A DNA stretch of 64,000 bases from Phoronis australis (lineage: Eukaryota; Animalia; Phoronida). Made by a program: the position numbers and the translations under genes. The notes beneath the pieces were generated by a model that was not told where the DNA came from, did no database searches, and worked only from the letters and a program-made list of their open reading frames with translations. The stretch covers positions 293,351 to 357,350 of the forward strand of contig NMRA01000197.1 of assembly GCA_002633005.1 (NCBI GenBank), in the 5' to 3' direction. The stretch's first letter is position 1, and each line of letters begins with the position of its first letter. Shown here in pieces: positions 1 through 11,817 of this stretch.

Positions 1-2222
1 ATTTTCTGGTGCGACGGTCCCATTTGATCCTCGGAGGTCCTGTTTTGGGTGAGTCAGTCCGATTTAGAGGACCGGAGGTCATGTTGTTTCTAAACCGTGA
101 ATAGTGGGCTTTAAAAGTGTTGTAATAGGGTACAAGTGACAGCTCTTGAAACAGTGATGTGATGTGCAGACACAAGCTGGCATTTCTATAGACAGTGACC
201 ACCATCTCAACCTAGCCCCAGCTCAGACTTTGACGGAAGCTTTTCCGCGAATTATGCCTCACATTGATTATAACAACACAATCACATTGTTATATGTACC
301 TTTTGCCCATACTAGTAGAGGAACACCTTAGGAGGCCGTCGATATCTTTAATTCCTTCCAACTCGAATAAATACTTCCATAAAGAAGTGTATTAGTTCAA
401 TGCAGTTAAGGAAGATAATTTAAACTTAGAAAACAATGAAGATGGATTTGAAAGGGCATGAAGAAATATATCCTTGAGTACATGTGTCTAGGTTTCATTA
501 CACCGCACAGTACATACTGCAATTTGTAAGTCTACGGTGAACACATATCCTCAACAAATTCACAACTCAGGGTCACCGGCGCTCGACACAGACGAAAATA
601 TCCGCTTGAAAATAATGACAGCATATTTGCATTCACGCTTGTGTACCTGGACTTGGCCTCGTATAAGATGAGGACCAAAAAAAACTTCAGAACTCCGTTT
701 TTAATTGGCGCTCATATTTTACAATCTCTAATCATTTTTCCAAGTGCTTTACTCGCTAATTTGGAGTTGCCTGGACTGGCTGGAGGTTGGCTACGGGCGT
801 TGCCTATGGTTGTTGGGAACACCATGGTTGTTAGCATCTTCTTCAGTGGATTATAAATAGACGCTTTGTTGAAATTGACACTTACCAGGCCCAAAGTCAA
901 CCATAGACTTTCATATTATGTCACAACAAATTTATTCCTAAAAACAACCATTATATTCTCGCAGTTTTAAGAATCAAATTCCGGCCTGTTTCCTAGCCGA
1001 AGGTTCAGGTGGTGTGCACGTGACTGGGTGATCTACTTCTTCCGCATACAGCAAACAGTGCCACACACAGAGCAAACTTGAATTGCCCATGGAATTCCGC
1101 AAAAAGTTGAAGTATTTCGAAGCTTTTACTTTATGCTAAGTTAGTCATTGAACACAAAACCAACATAACACGAAACATTTCAATTTTTCACGCAAACTTT
1201 GCACTGCATTCTCGCTCATCAATGTACGTCGTTCGGCCTGGGAGGATTTTTTCATAATTTTTTTCATTGATGCAATCGAGTTGCAACGCAACAATGCGGA
1301 CAAATTAAGGCCGTTTGCGCTATGTTTTATCTTGTTTGCATGTTCAGCGACGTTGATGGCATTTGTATGTCAGGTCAGTCGGCGGGTATTATTTTTTTTC
1401 ATCGTGTATGTTCTATTTCAAATTGGCTGCTCTGTCGAATACACTTCGAGAATGCGCTTCAACTTCTGCGTCGGCAACTAGCATTAGGGGTACAACAAAT
1501 CCTTTGAACTTTGGGTCAATGTACTTCAATTTCAAAGATTAAGTGTCCGGGTAGCGGTAGTTAGTGCTGGATGCAATATTTCTCCACACTCGCCATGAGG
1601 GGGATTCCGAATGAAGTCACCCTGACGTCACAGAACAGGAAGGTATTCCCCCAAAAACATGGTTGCCGACCGTCATTGTGACATGTATTCTGTTATGTCG
1701 AGTTATTTCTATATATTTATCGAAGTAAAACAACGGATTTTAGATTTCAATAAAATTTATTAAATTACAAATGTTAAAATTCATCATTTAGTCCTAGTTT
1801 TCACCGAGATTGTCTTGAAACAGGCCGTCTTTTTTCAGTCTTGGCCGTGCCGTCCAAGCCGTCATTTTTTTAATGACCGTCCCAATGACGGCCAGGACGA
1901 CCGCTAGACGAATCCCTGGCACAGTGTAGAAATGGCCAGTTGCTGATTTGAGCATCTGAATGAAGGAGTGCTTGAAGAAAGAGTTTGATTAAGGGAGCAT
2001 CTGTTCGAGCTGGAAGGAATTAAAGACATCAACGGCCTCTTAAACCAAGGTGTCCCTCTGCGGAGATTATGCGCAAAAGGTACAAGTTTATAACACGACT
2101 TTTATCAGTGTGAGGAATAATTCGCCGAAAAGCTTCTCTACTGGAGAAACTTGAAAGCTAGAGACGGTGGTCACTGTCAAGCATTTCTATTTATTTCTAT
2201 GAAATTATTAACAGCAAGACTA

Positions 2223-5179
2223 CTATCGAGTTCCGAATAGCCGTATCTATACGATTATTTTTTTCAGACTCATTTTCCGGTCTATACCACGCTTATTCGG
2301 GTGTCTACGTTTATTAATTTTCTAACCTTTTCCCACTCTCCACGATTATTTGATTCAGCAAGTTCTCAACTTTTGTTTCATTCATTACAAATTTGTTACT
2401 TCAAAACTTAGCTACTGACACCGGGTATCGTACCTTGGTCGTAAGACGTGGTTAGTTCGGTCTTAATTCGCTCTAAACCTCTAGACCACGAGACATTCCG
2501 TTCAGATTCCGTAATTTAGAAGAGCTATATACGACCCGGCGTTACATACAGAAGTCACATGTCATACACACTAAAAGATTTTATTTGCTAAAATATACAA
2601 CTGTACGTTTCACAGCGTAAAATAATCGGACTCCCAAGCACCGGTTTACGCAACGGCCTTCTGTTGGACGGCCAGAATATGTTATTTTGGACAGGTCCGA
2701 CCGGATCACTCACAATTAAGAAAGTGCTTGCAAAATTTAAAAAGCTTGTAATGATGACCACTTCTCTTAATATTTACGGCTGGTCGGCAGTCGCTCAAAG
2801 AAATAGGCCAACAGTAATTTCAGAAATGATGAATTTAATGCTCAAAAAGTGTATTTTTCAATATTCCGCGCGCACCGGCCGTGACACAGACCAGTGTTAC
2901 CGGCAGCTCAACATACATATGAATAAAAACGCTTTCGACAAGTTTCTTTGGGTGATCCAATATTTATGATTGCACCCTGTGAAAAACTGGCAAGCCGTAC
3001 CAACTCTTCACTGTGTCTGTCCTCGAAGTTTGCGTTTCCGGGGGAGTAATTCTTGGATTTTGCAAAGCCAGTGTCATCTGCTAATTTCGTCATTATTGAC
3101 ATGCGCATTCTACATATTTAATCATGTCGTCTGCAGCGCAAAGGCCTAAGGAATTCGAGGATTATTTTACAAACCGAGAGATGTTCCAGATACAGACATT
3201 GATTCAGATGCTGGTATGACAAACAATCCGGCTACAGATACAGACCGTGGTGATAACGCGGCAAGTCAACGAAGCGCAAATACCCGTGCAGTTAATGAAC
3301 AGTGCCGAACCTTTCAATCAACCTAGGAACCGGTTCCTAGAATCAACAAAGTACCAATGAGTTGCCGACAACATCGGACATCAGCATTTTTAAAATTCGC
3401 TCCAAACTTGAGAATAGATTGTTTTTATGAACAGGAAGAATGGACCTGTGACAATCTTGAAAATGACATAGTTGCTAACGTTCGACAATCCAGTCGATAT
3501 CTATTGAAGTTCATTTCTACTTGCTCTCCCGTCCAAATGAATGGAAAAGCACACGTGAATCAGTTTGTTTATTATACCTAATTATATATTCAAGATGGTG
3601 CACGTAGTTGTGGTCGTGGACTCGAATGTTGGGCAATTCCGCAAGAAATCTCAATTTCTGACTGTGTAAAATTTTGGATGTACCGACTTTTTGACGTCGA
3701 ATTCTGACTAACATTACGAGGGTATTGACTATGAACGCTGTGCAAGGAGATTGAGAGAAACAAAGGCTCGACTGTCAGGAACATGTATGATAAAAATGCG
3801 ACTCGTTTTACCAAGACACTTAATTGTCTTTATTCAGACTGTCGGCTTTGTGGAAGACTGGACGTTGCTGCTGAAATCTTTACCTCCTTGTTATAATCAG
3901 GGCTTGGAATGACCAATGACAAAAAACGCGGAAACTTTTACGGCCCAAAGCATGCCCGCTAACCAGCCTTGAAATGGTCAATGTGAACCTTTCCTCGACA
4001 AAAATCGGGAGGACTAAAAAAAAGAAAAAAAAAAAACGTTACCACCATCAGTAGCATGCGTCTGCGTCCTTTTAGTTTGCCCGTCCACTCCCAACCCCAC
4101 ACATTTTTGGCTGCAGAGCGGTAGTATTTGTCGCCGCGCTTAACAATAACACGAGACGCCATTGAAAATCCCCACCACGCTGTCCCAGGTGCCCCGGCAA
4201 TGTTGACAATTTACGTTCCTCCGAAACATAAAGAGCAACTTCCGCTTTTCGCGGTGAACGTCGTCTGCAACGCTGCGGTAAGAAAGGAATTAGCCGCGGA
4301 AATTTATATCAAATTCGATTTTTTTTTTACGCGGAAATATTATGAAAAAAGCGGACAGCACATTTGAAAAAAGCGGAAATCCGCGTTTCCGCGGAAAATT
4401 CCAAGCCCTGTATAATGTTTGGACTTAGTCGACATTGGCATCTCTAGTATGAATGTCACATTCTTTTTTGAGTAAAATGATAACGCATACTGTTTGAAAC
4501 ACATCTATATAGATTTCCATTTAAAGTTATTGAATAAACGAATGGTCTTTGTTTTAGCAATGACACTTTATTCCACTTCACTGCACTATGTTATGGCATG
4601 GGTGGATACACCACTGCAATAATTTAACTATGCTAATGTTCAATTTAAAAGTTTTTTTTCTTTGAAACAATTACTTAAAGCGGTGGTAAGTCAGACAGAA
4701 TATGCTTCTTTGCACTATTATTCCAATCCCATCTACATCATTATTAGATTTTGCACTTCCTATTATTTCCATCTACCGTTACTAGATTTTACGCAAATTT
4801 GTAATCAATGTTATTCCAGTCTATATCATTTTTAATTTTCCACAAATTTCCCGTCTATACCATTATTCCTTAGAATTTGCTGTTTTGCATTATTATTCCC
4901 TTCTATATCATTATTAGATTTTACCTACATTTGTAATCAATATTATTATTCCAGTCTATACTATGTTTAAATTTCCACAAATTGCCATCTATACCATTAT
5001 TCCGTTCTAGTTATTATTAATTTTTTCCGACAATTTCTATTATTACTATTATTCTACTTTTCTAGTGGCAAAAATGTTAGATCTAAACTATTATTAGAGT
5101 CTCTACTATTATTAAAAATCGTGAAATTTTCCAGTCTATATTATTATTGCTGTCTCTACTACTATTCGGAACTCCAGAG
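2223..5179. mobile_element. Non-autonomous TIR DNA transposon with TA TSD (Tc1/mariner-pogo-like), containing a nested MITE
   Basis: Left end TA|CTATCGAGTTCCGAATAG and right end CTATTCGGAACTCCAGAG|TA are near-perfect inverted repeats. Degenerate subterminal repeats (TTCCAGTCTATAC..TTATT) occur at ~2270-2350 and ~4720-5160. No intact transposase is seen. Confidence 0.65.
3898..4410 (+). mobile_element. ~510-bp MITE, copy 1 (TIR CAGGGCTTGGAAT...ATTCCAAGCCCTG), flanked by TATAAT direct repeats
   Basis: Perfect 13-bp TIRs, TATAAT at 3892-3897 and 4411-4416, and a near-identical second copy at 60572-61070. Confidence 0.9.
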
Positions 5180-5218
5180 TATAAGAAAATAGATTTTTGC
5201 ACTTGTCAATTTAGTGCC

Positions 5219-5305
5219 GTGGACCCTGATTTAGAAAATCAGGCAATCACTGAATAACGTGCCTCCTTTCTCTGGATGACACTTATTCTCTAAATCAAGG
5301 TCCAC
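5219..5305. repeat. Short inverted repeat / small MITE remnant
   Basis: GTGGACCCTGATTTAGAAAAT ... ATTCTCTAAATCAAGGTCCAC. Confidence 0.5.
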
Positions 5306-5859
5306 CATATCCGACCAGTGCCTAGACTTTAAACCAACAAACCAATATTAACCAAGCAACATTCCTTGTCCATGTCATGAACACATCCACTGGCACAAGA
5401 AACTGTAGGAACACCACATTTATCCACCTTCACTCATATCAGGCTTCTATTGTGAGTCAGCATGCGTGAATAATTGGCTGATAAGCCACCTCTAGAACTA
5501 CTTTTGGCTGAATGGATGACCAGGCCATAAAATGATAATTAGCCAACACCAGTTACTAATGCAACAAAGAATAATGTCTTGCATCACCTAGCCTTCATGG
5601 AAAGCTGTATACTGTATTGGCTCTAATAAACACTTAGAAAAATTCATTTCACAGGGAGGGGATTCTTATTGTAGCCTACGGCAGTTGAAAGCCGGTTTCC
5701 CAAACGGGTAAAATTGGAAGCTAGGATTCATAAAATTTACGCTCTGTGACGTATTTTTAGCCTATGACAGTCTTTCTACAAAATTGTGGTGCATTGCTAT
5801 GAACTTCCGTTGTTAAATTACGATAATTTTTCAAAAAATTGTGCTCATCACAGGGCGAA

Positions 5860-6306
5860 NNNNNNNNNNNNNNNNNNNNNNNNNNNNNNNNNNNNNNNNN
5901 NNNNNNNNNNNNNNNNNNNNNNNNNNNNNNNNNNNNNNNNNNNNNNNNNNNNNNNNNNNNNNNNNNNNNNNNNNNNNNNNNNNNNNNNNNNNNNNNNNNN
6001 NNNNNNNNNNNNNNNNNNNNNNNNNNNNNNNNNNNNNNNNNNNNNNNNNNNNNNNNNNNNNNNNNNNNNNNNNNNNNNNNNNNNNNNNNNNNNNNNNNNN
6101 NNNNNNNNNNNNNNNNNNNNNNNNNNNNNNNNNNNNNNNNNNNNNNNNNNNNNNNNNNNNNNNNNNNNNNNNNNNNNNNNNNNNNNNNNNNNNNNNNNNN
6201 NNNNNNNNNNNNNNNNNNNNNNNNNNNNNNNNNNNNNNNNNNNNNNNNNNNNNNNNNNNNNNNNNNNNNNNNNNNNNNNNNNNNNNNNNNNNNNNNNNNN
6301 NNNNNN
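5860..6306. other. Assembly gap
   Basis: Run of N. Confidence 1.
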
Positions 6307-6786
6307 AACGTATTTTGAATATTGCAATGCATGTGTTCCAAAATCTAAATAACTTGGGTCCTATATTTTTGTATTCGTGCGCGCCGATTGAAAGTAATCG
6401 TGAGTGTTGCTGTGTTGCAAAATCTCTTATCCTGGGCCGATTTGAAAAATTCAAAGTTGTACTCATATTTGTTTTCGCTCCTCTTATCAAATATTACAAT
6501 AAAAACTACTTGTAACTCTCTCCATAAAAAGTACAGTCTGCTAGGTAGATTGTAATCAGCTGATCATATCCGCATGAGCGAAGCCAATTATCCTCGCTCG
6601 TGACTCGATGAATAGAGCAGCTTGGCGGCATCCCTTTGATCGTGAGCCAAGCGCGACTCAGTCAAGGTGGATAAATACGGTCTAGTTCAATTTTCCATAC
6701 CCCACCGTTTACTTTAACGACAGGGGTTAGGACCAATCTTATTTAGTGGGACTGTTCATAGCATGTCCATGGCATTGAGATTTTAC

Positions 6787-6990
6787 CTGATTCAGGGCAA
6801 CTTCTAACATCGGCGATAAACCTAAAGTTAAATGGAAAAGTGGAACGCTGTCCACAAAAATAATAGGCCCTCTGTCTTTGTTTTTGCGGTTTTCAGCCAG
6901 TAAAATACCATTAACTGCACAATGTGGATATCTGGCCATATGAAGCACAACTTTGCTGAAAGCAACGGCACTCACTTCGACGTCCGCCAT
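6787..6990 (-). CDS. EMC8: ER membrane protein complex subunit 8/9 (COX4NB/UPF0172, MPN-like), first coding exon (68 aa)
   Basis: MADVEVSAVAFSKVVLHMARYPHCAVNGILLAE...FVDSVPLFHLTLGLSPMLEVALNQ matches the EMC8/9 N-terminal motifs (YPHCAVNG, D.VPLFH..L.L.PMLEVAL). A phase-0 GT donor (CAG|GTAAA) lies at 6786. Downstream exons were not found and may be in the gap or left of the window. EMC8 and EMC9 cannot be distinguished here. Confidence 0.93.
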
Positions 6991-7176
6991 TGTGTGGTAC
7001 AGAAATACTATAGCTTTGTGTGGTTACCCAATACCGAAGTTTCTACTTATTTCTGTCATTTATTAATATCTTTAATTCTGAAACGATTTAGCTCAGAACA
7101 TTTTCAAATTGTATTTTATATACGTATGACAGTATCACCACTCGGCGAGCCAGAGGACTCTGATAGTGAACACTGA

Positions 7177-7681
7177 TGTAGTAATAGCCGAGATCACCCC
7201 GGCGCGGACCCGGAGATCCGGAACCCGCGACCCCCATAAAACCGGCAAGCGTGCTAACCATTCAGCTAATAGGCAATTGCCCGTTAGCGAGTAGCTAACA
7301 GAGGCTCATATAATTCACCGGAAGCACATCTACAACATTCCCCCCCTTTCCTACGGAACGGGCACGCGCCACTAGGAAGGTGAACCACACGGCAAGGTCC
7401 TGGGCGTCTCTCATACAGGTCCTTGACTCCTGGAACCTTCCACGCGCGCCGTCCCGAGGTCCGTGGGTACTAGTTGGCAGTGCTTCATCGGTAGATCATC
7501 CGTTTGCCGACTACGCCATTTGTAGTAATAGCCGATATCACCCGACCCGCGGGGATCCGGCGAACCCGCGACCCCCATAAAACCGGCAAGCGTAGTGCTA
7601 ACCATTCAGCTAATAGGCAATTGCCGGTTAGCGGGTAGCTAACAGAGGCTCATATAATTCACCGGAAGCACATCTACAACA
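7177..7681 (-). mobile_element. TRIM (miniature non-autonomous LTR retrotransposon) with tRNA-like LTRs (Helenus-like)
   Basis: Two 161-bp TG..CA direct repeats (7177-7337, 7521-7681) and a 4-bp TSD CTGA (7173-7176, 7682-7685). The PBS at 7505-7518 (TGCCGACTACGCCA) equals the 3' end of tRNA-Ser plus CCA, and the PPT is at 7338-7351. The LTRs carry A-box and B-box-like motifs. Confidence 0.92.
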
Positions 7682-7874
7682 CTGACAAAAGGATTTTAGC
7701 AAAGTCCTAGCGTAACGTCCTCTAGCGTTTCTGAAGACTGATTCCAAAACGGACTGGTCTCGGTATCTTCACGCCCGGTCAACATTGTACGATGACACTA
7801 TGGCTTACGGCTGCCTGGTGGTTTGGTAATTGGCCCATGTTGAAAAAGAAATTATATTTTAGAAAACTGTAACA

Positions 7875-7997
7875 CAGATGGGCGGCGCCGAGCAGTGACA
7901 ACTGAAAGTGCGGGGCTAAAGCGCCCCAGCCCCCCACATGTGCGCCGCCTAGATAGACCACTTTGGGCCCCGTGCCTCCTATGGTGCGCCGCCCATG
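7875..7997. mobile_element. Small MITE with CA(GA)TGGGCGGCGC termini and 5-bp TSD TAACA
   Basis: Ends CAGATGGGCGGCGCC / GTGCGCCGCCCATG; TAACA at 7870-7874 and 7998-8002. Confidence 0.65.
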
Positions 7998-10900
7998 TAA
8001 CAGGAGTTTTGGAGTTCTCACCTTGGACATTTAGGCCTACATCAAAGAGGTTTGATCTTGATGTTATTGGTAGCGTTGTTTTTTAGGTTCGGTAAAGTTT
8101 AAAAATAAAATTTTACAGACTTTTTACTTTCAGAAAATGTAAGCCGCTTTATTGGGTTAAAATCTAGTTTACAGATATTTGGGCTAAATGCCAAGAGCTG
8201 ACAATAAGGTCCTACATAACCTCAATGAAATTAACTTGATGGAGTGCCACCTGGTGGTGGGTACCCAACTACCCACCGACAACCGATTGTACCCAGGAAC
8301 AAGTAACCCGACGATATTGGATGAAGTGAATGCCAAAAAAATTTCATGCAATGAAACCACGTTACCACCCTCAAGCATTATCCCTCAAAGTTATCATTAA
8401 CTTCAGTAGTAGGTACACAAGGCCGGGGTAAACTAGTTTATTTTGTCTCTTCCGCGCTTTACAACCAATGCACACTTTTTAGACATAGTAGACTTGAATA
8501 CGACTGAAGACACGGCGGATCGTCATTGTCGGATAATGGGTTATCACATGGTCTCCTGACATCAAAATTTTTTGTCCAGGCGTGATAATAAGTTTTAGGT
8601 CCTGACGTGAAAAGTTTTCGGTCCTCACGTGTTAACTTTTATAGGTCCTCCACGTGATAAATTAAAGGCCCTGGGGCCTTCTGGTTTTTAGTTGTATTAT
8701 TTTGGTCCTGCAGAAATTTTAATTCTTGAATAGAAATTGTTTGTCCTCGAATTTTCCGCTTGTAGAACAAAGACTGCCCGCAAAAGTGTAGGGTTACTCA
8801 CTGTCAGTTGACATTCGATTGCAAATTGTACAAGTTATTCACCTTTGTACAGGCTACTTATGTACGGTCTTTGTAGACCTTTAGGCCTACCACATTAAAA
8901 TATCAGTGTCTGGATTTGAGGTAGGTCTAATTTCATATGGTATGCTCAATTTGTTCGTATCTGATAATTGCCTTAATATCGATGTCGTCGGTCTCATATT
9001 ATGGAAAACAAGTCGGTGTTTAGTGCTCAACTTCTCATTCCCTGTCAAATTACATTTATTTGATAATGGACTGGTGGACCAGTGCAGACTGAGAGGTGTG
9101 ACTGAGCTGGCTGCCTCGAGTGCCGGTTGTTAACAGAGGCATATCATCACAGATAGGACCTAGCCCGTAATTTTTGCACCGGTGTTAGCTCGTCGTTTTG
9201 CGCTGAGTTAGGCCACGCTTATCGTTGCCGTTGTGAACTCCCACATTTAATGAAAATGCGACGGACGTTCCTTTATTATGGAAGGCTATATCACTAAAGT
9301 GACTGGAAAAGTGCAACAGTCATTTCCATAATCGGATGACCCTCCAAGAAATGACCATCCTAACATAAAAGGTTGAACGATTTTACAAACTCAACTGACT
9401 CCTTGTCACTGGGGCCTACTTGAGTAGAAGGGCATCGGGGTGTACATACAGGAAAAGAGCAACAGCGGATACTCTCAACGGGTCTCTCCCAGAGATGGGA
9501 CATGTAATAACACAACGGGCCAAAGGATGGGACATGTAATAACACGTTTCGGTCATTCGACAAAATATCATTCAAACATTTTGACGTTTCTATAAATATG
9601 TAATTTCTAATCCTAAAATTTGAAATGTATTTTAATTAAGTTATCACTGAAAGTGACCTCTTGACCACCTTCCACCTTCAGAACCCCAACCCATAGCCTA
9701 GAATCACAATAAGGTCTATATTGTGTCTTTCTACCGTTCTGAATAACCTTTTTTCTCCGTCTCCCTAGGCAAGCGATCCATAGAAGAGAGAACTTCGTGA
9801 AGGTGCTATATCCCGAAAAACTGCGTGAGATATCGTCATGTATTACAAGCTACCAGTCTTGCGTGATGTTTTGTAATTGCGTGTTAGCAAGATTCTTGCG
9901 GAACACACGACAGGTTGTCCCAAATTTTCCAGTTTGGAATTGTTTTCCACCGCGGCAGGGCACACGATAAACTAGTCCAAGAATACGTCGTTACCGACCC
10001 AGGAGTAAACAACCTTCAAAATCTTAAATAAATAAACCTATCGTGATAAGCTTTGGGCCTCCACTGCTCTCGGGTAAATATTGATTTAGACATTTTTAAA
10101 CTGGCAACAAAAACTGTTTTGAGGGTTGCCAAATTCGTTTACCATGGACAGGCTTACGTTTCACAATTTAAGAATACGACAGACATATCTAGTCTAAGTA
10201 AACGTGAAAGATCCACTAAACTTTTTAACTGTATACACCTTGTTTTCTTGATGACATTATTAAAATAGTGTCATCGAGAGGGGGTAGGGGACACAACCCC
10301 GGAGCTCGTGTGAGTCAATTAAGGGGGTCTAGCGGGCGAAGTAAAAAAGAAACAAGAAAAACGACCCATTAAAAATTTTCTCAGGCTGGTTTTAGCCGTT
10401 CAGCTTCAGATGGACAAAAATGAGGCTTCCAGATTCATAACTAGAAGTCAAAAGAGGATTCTCTCTTTCGTCATTTCCGACTCTATGAAATTATTCTGCT
10501 GTCAGCAATGGCACGAAAATTGAGACATAATGTTATCCGCCATTGATAAATTATTCAGACTTCCGTAATTTGCGGTCAAATGCCTACAGTTTTTCGATTA
10601 AAACGACTTTTTGAAAATTGCTTATTAAAAATATGCGGCTTTTAGGCTGACTGTTTCATGGAGATTATAATCACTATCTATCGCGAAATGTCCGCACCAA
10701 GCCATGTAACTGTTAGCAAAGGTGGTGGTGTACCTGAAGTGTTTTCGGAGGAGCAATCCAGCAGAACTATATTGACGGTGATAGTAACTATTTCCGTACT
10801 AACCAATAAGCCACCAGTATGGGTTCAGAGTAATTTTGATGCCGTAATACACAATGTAGAATGTCACCAAATCAGTCGCCTGAAAATCTCAATGCCCGCT

Positions 10901-11316
10901 CTCCTTACAAAAAACAAAAAACAGCAATTCACTGTTGAACCTGGTGTTGTGCGGCCGCACATGCTATGTTCTCTTCAACAATGAAACACAGAAATACGTA
11001 TGGGGATACAACTACATACAGTAACAAGAGCAACGCGGAGCGTTGAAATGCGCCCACAATTGCACCGCATACGGTATCCTTCTAGGGTTGTTTATTGGTA
11101 CCATAAATTGGCCAGTAGAGGGCATACTTTGCAAAATAGAAAGGCATGGTCATAGTCTCCTCAATAGGCTAGGGGCAAAATGTGAGTTATCTTCATAATA
11201 CAAGCACATCCTATACACCATTTGCTTAAAGCACCACAGAAACATAGAATTAAAAACAAATTTACCAACATACGAGATTAGCACAGCATTAGAATGCCAG
11301 AAACAAATTTCTACTT

Positions 11317-11817
11317 NNNNNNNNNNNNNNNNNNNNNNNNNNNNNNNNNNNNNNNNNNNNNNNNNNNNNNNNNNNNNNNNNNNNNNNNNNNNNNNNNNNN
11401 NNNNNNNNNNNNNNNNNNNNNNNNNNNNNNNNNNNNNNNNNNNNNNNNNNNNNNNNNNNNNNNNNNNNNNNNNNNNNNNNNNNNNNNNNNNNNNNNNNNN
11501 NNNNNNNNNNNNNNNNNNNNNNNNNNNNNNNNNNNNNNNNNNNNNNNNNNNNNNNNNNNNNNNNNNNNNNNNNNNNNNNNNNNNNNNNNNNNNNNNNNNN
11601 NNNNNNNNNNNNNNNNNNNNNNNNNNNNNNNNNNNNNNNNNNNNNNNNNNNNNNNNNNNNNNNNNNNNNNNNNNNNNNNNNNNNNNNNNNNNNNNNNNNN
11701 NNNNNNNNNNNNNNNNNNNNNNNNNNNNNNNNNNNNNNNNNNNNNNNNNNNNNNNNNNNNNNNNNNNNNNNNNNNNNNNNNNNNNNNNNNNNNNNNNNNN
11801 NNNNNNNNNNNNNNNNN
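11317..11817. other. Assembly gap
   Basis: Run of N. Confidence 1.

Noticed and set aside
880-945. Possible downstream EMC8 exon (minus-strand AG...GTAAG with YES/MVDF-like residues)
   Set aside because: There are stops in all three frames, and the resemblance to YETLVDFDNH needs a frameshift.
5757-6515. Long ORFs in the track
   Set aside because: They are artefacts of translating through Ns; the same applies to 11289-11943 and 37144-37489.
6739-6786. C-terminal VKSQCHGHAMNSPTK of the 83-aa EMC8 ORF
   Set aside because: It is read-through into the intron after the GT donor at 6786.
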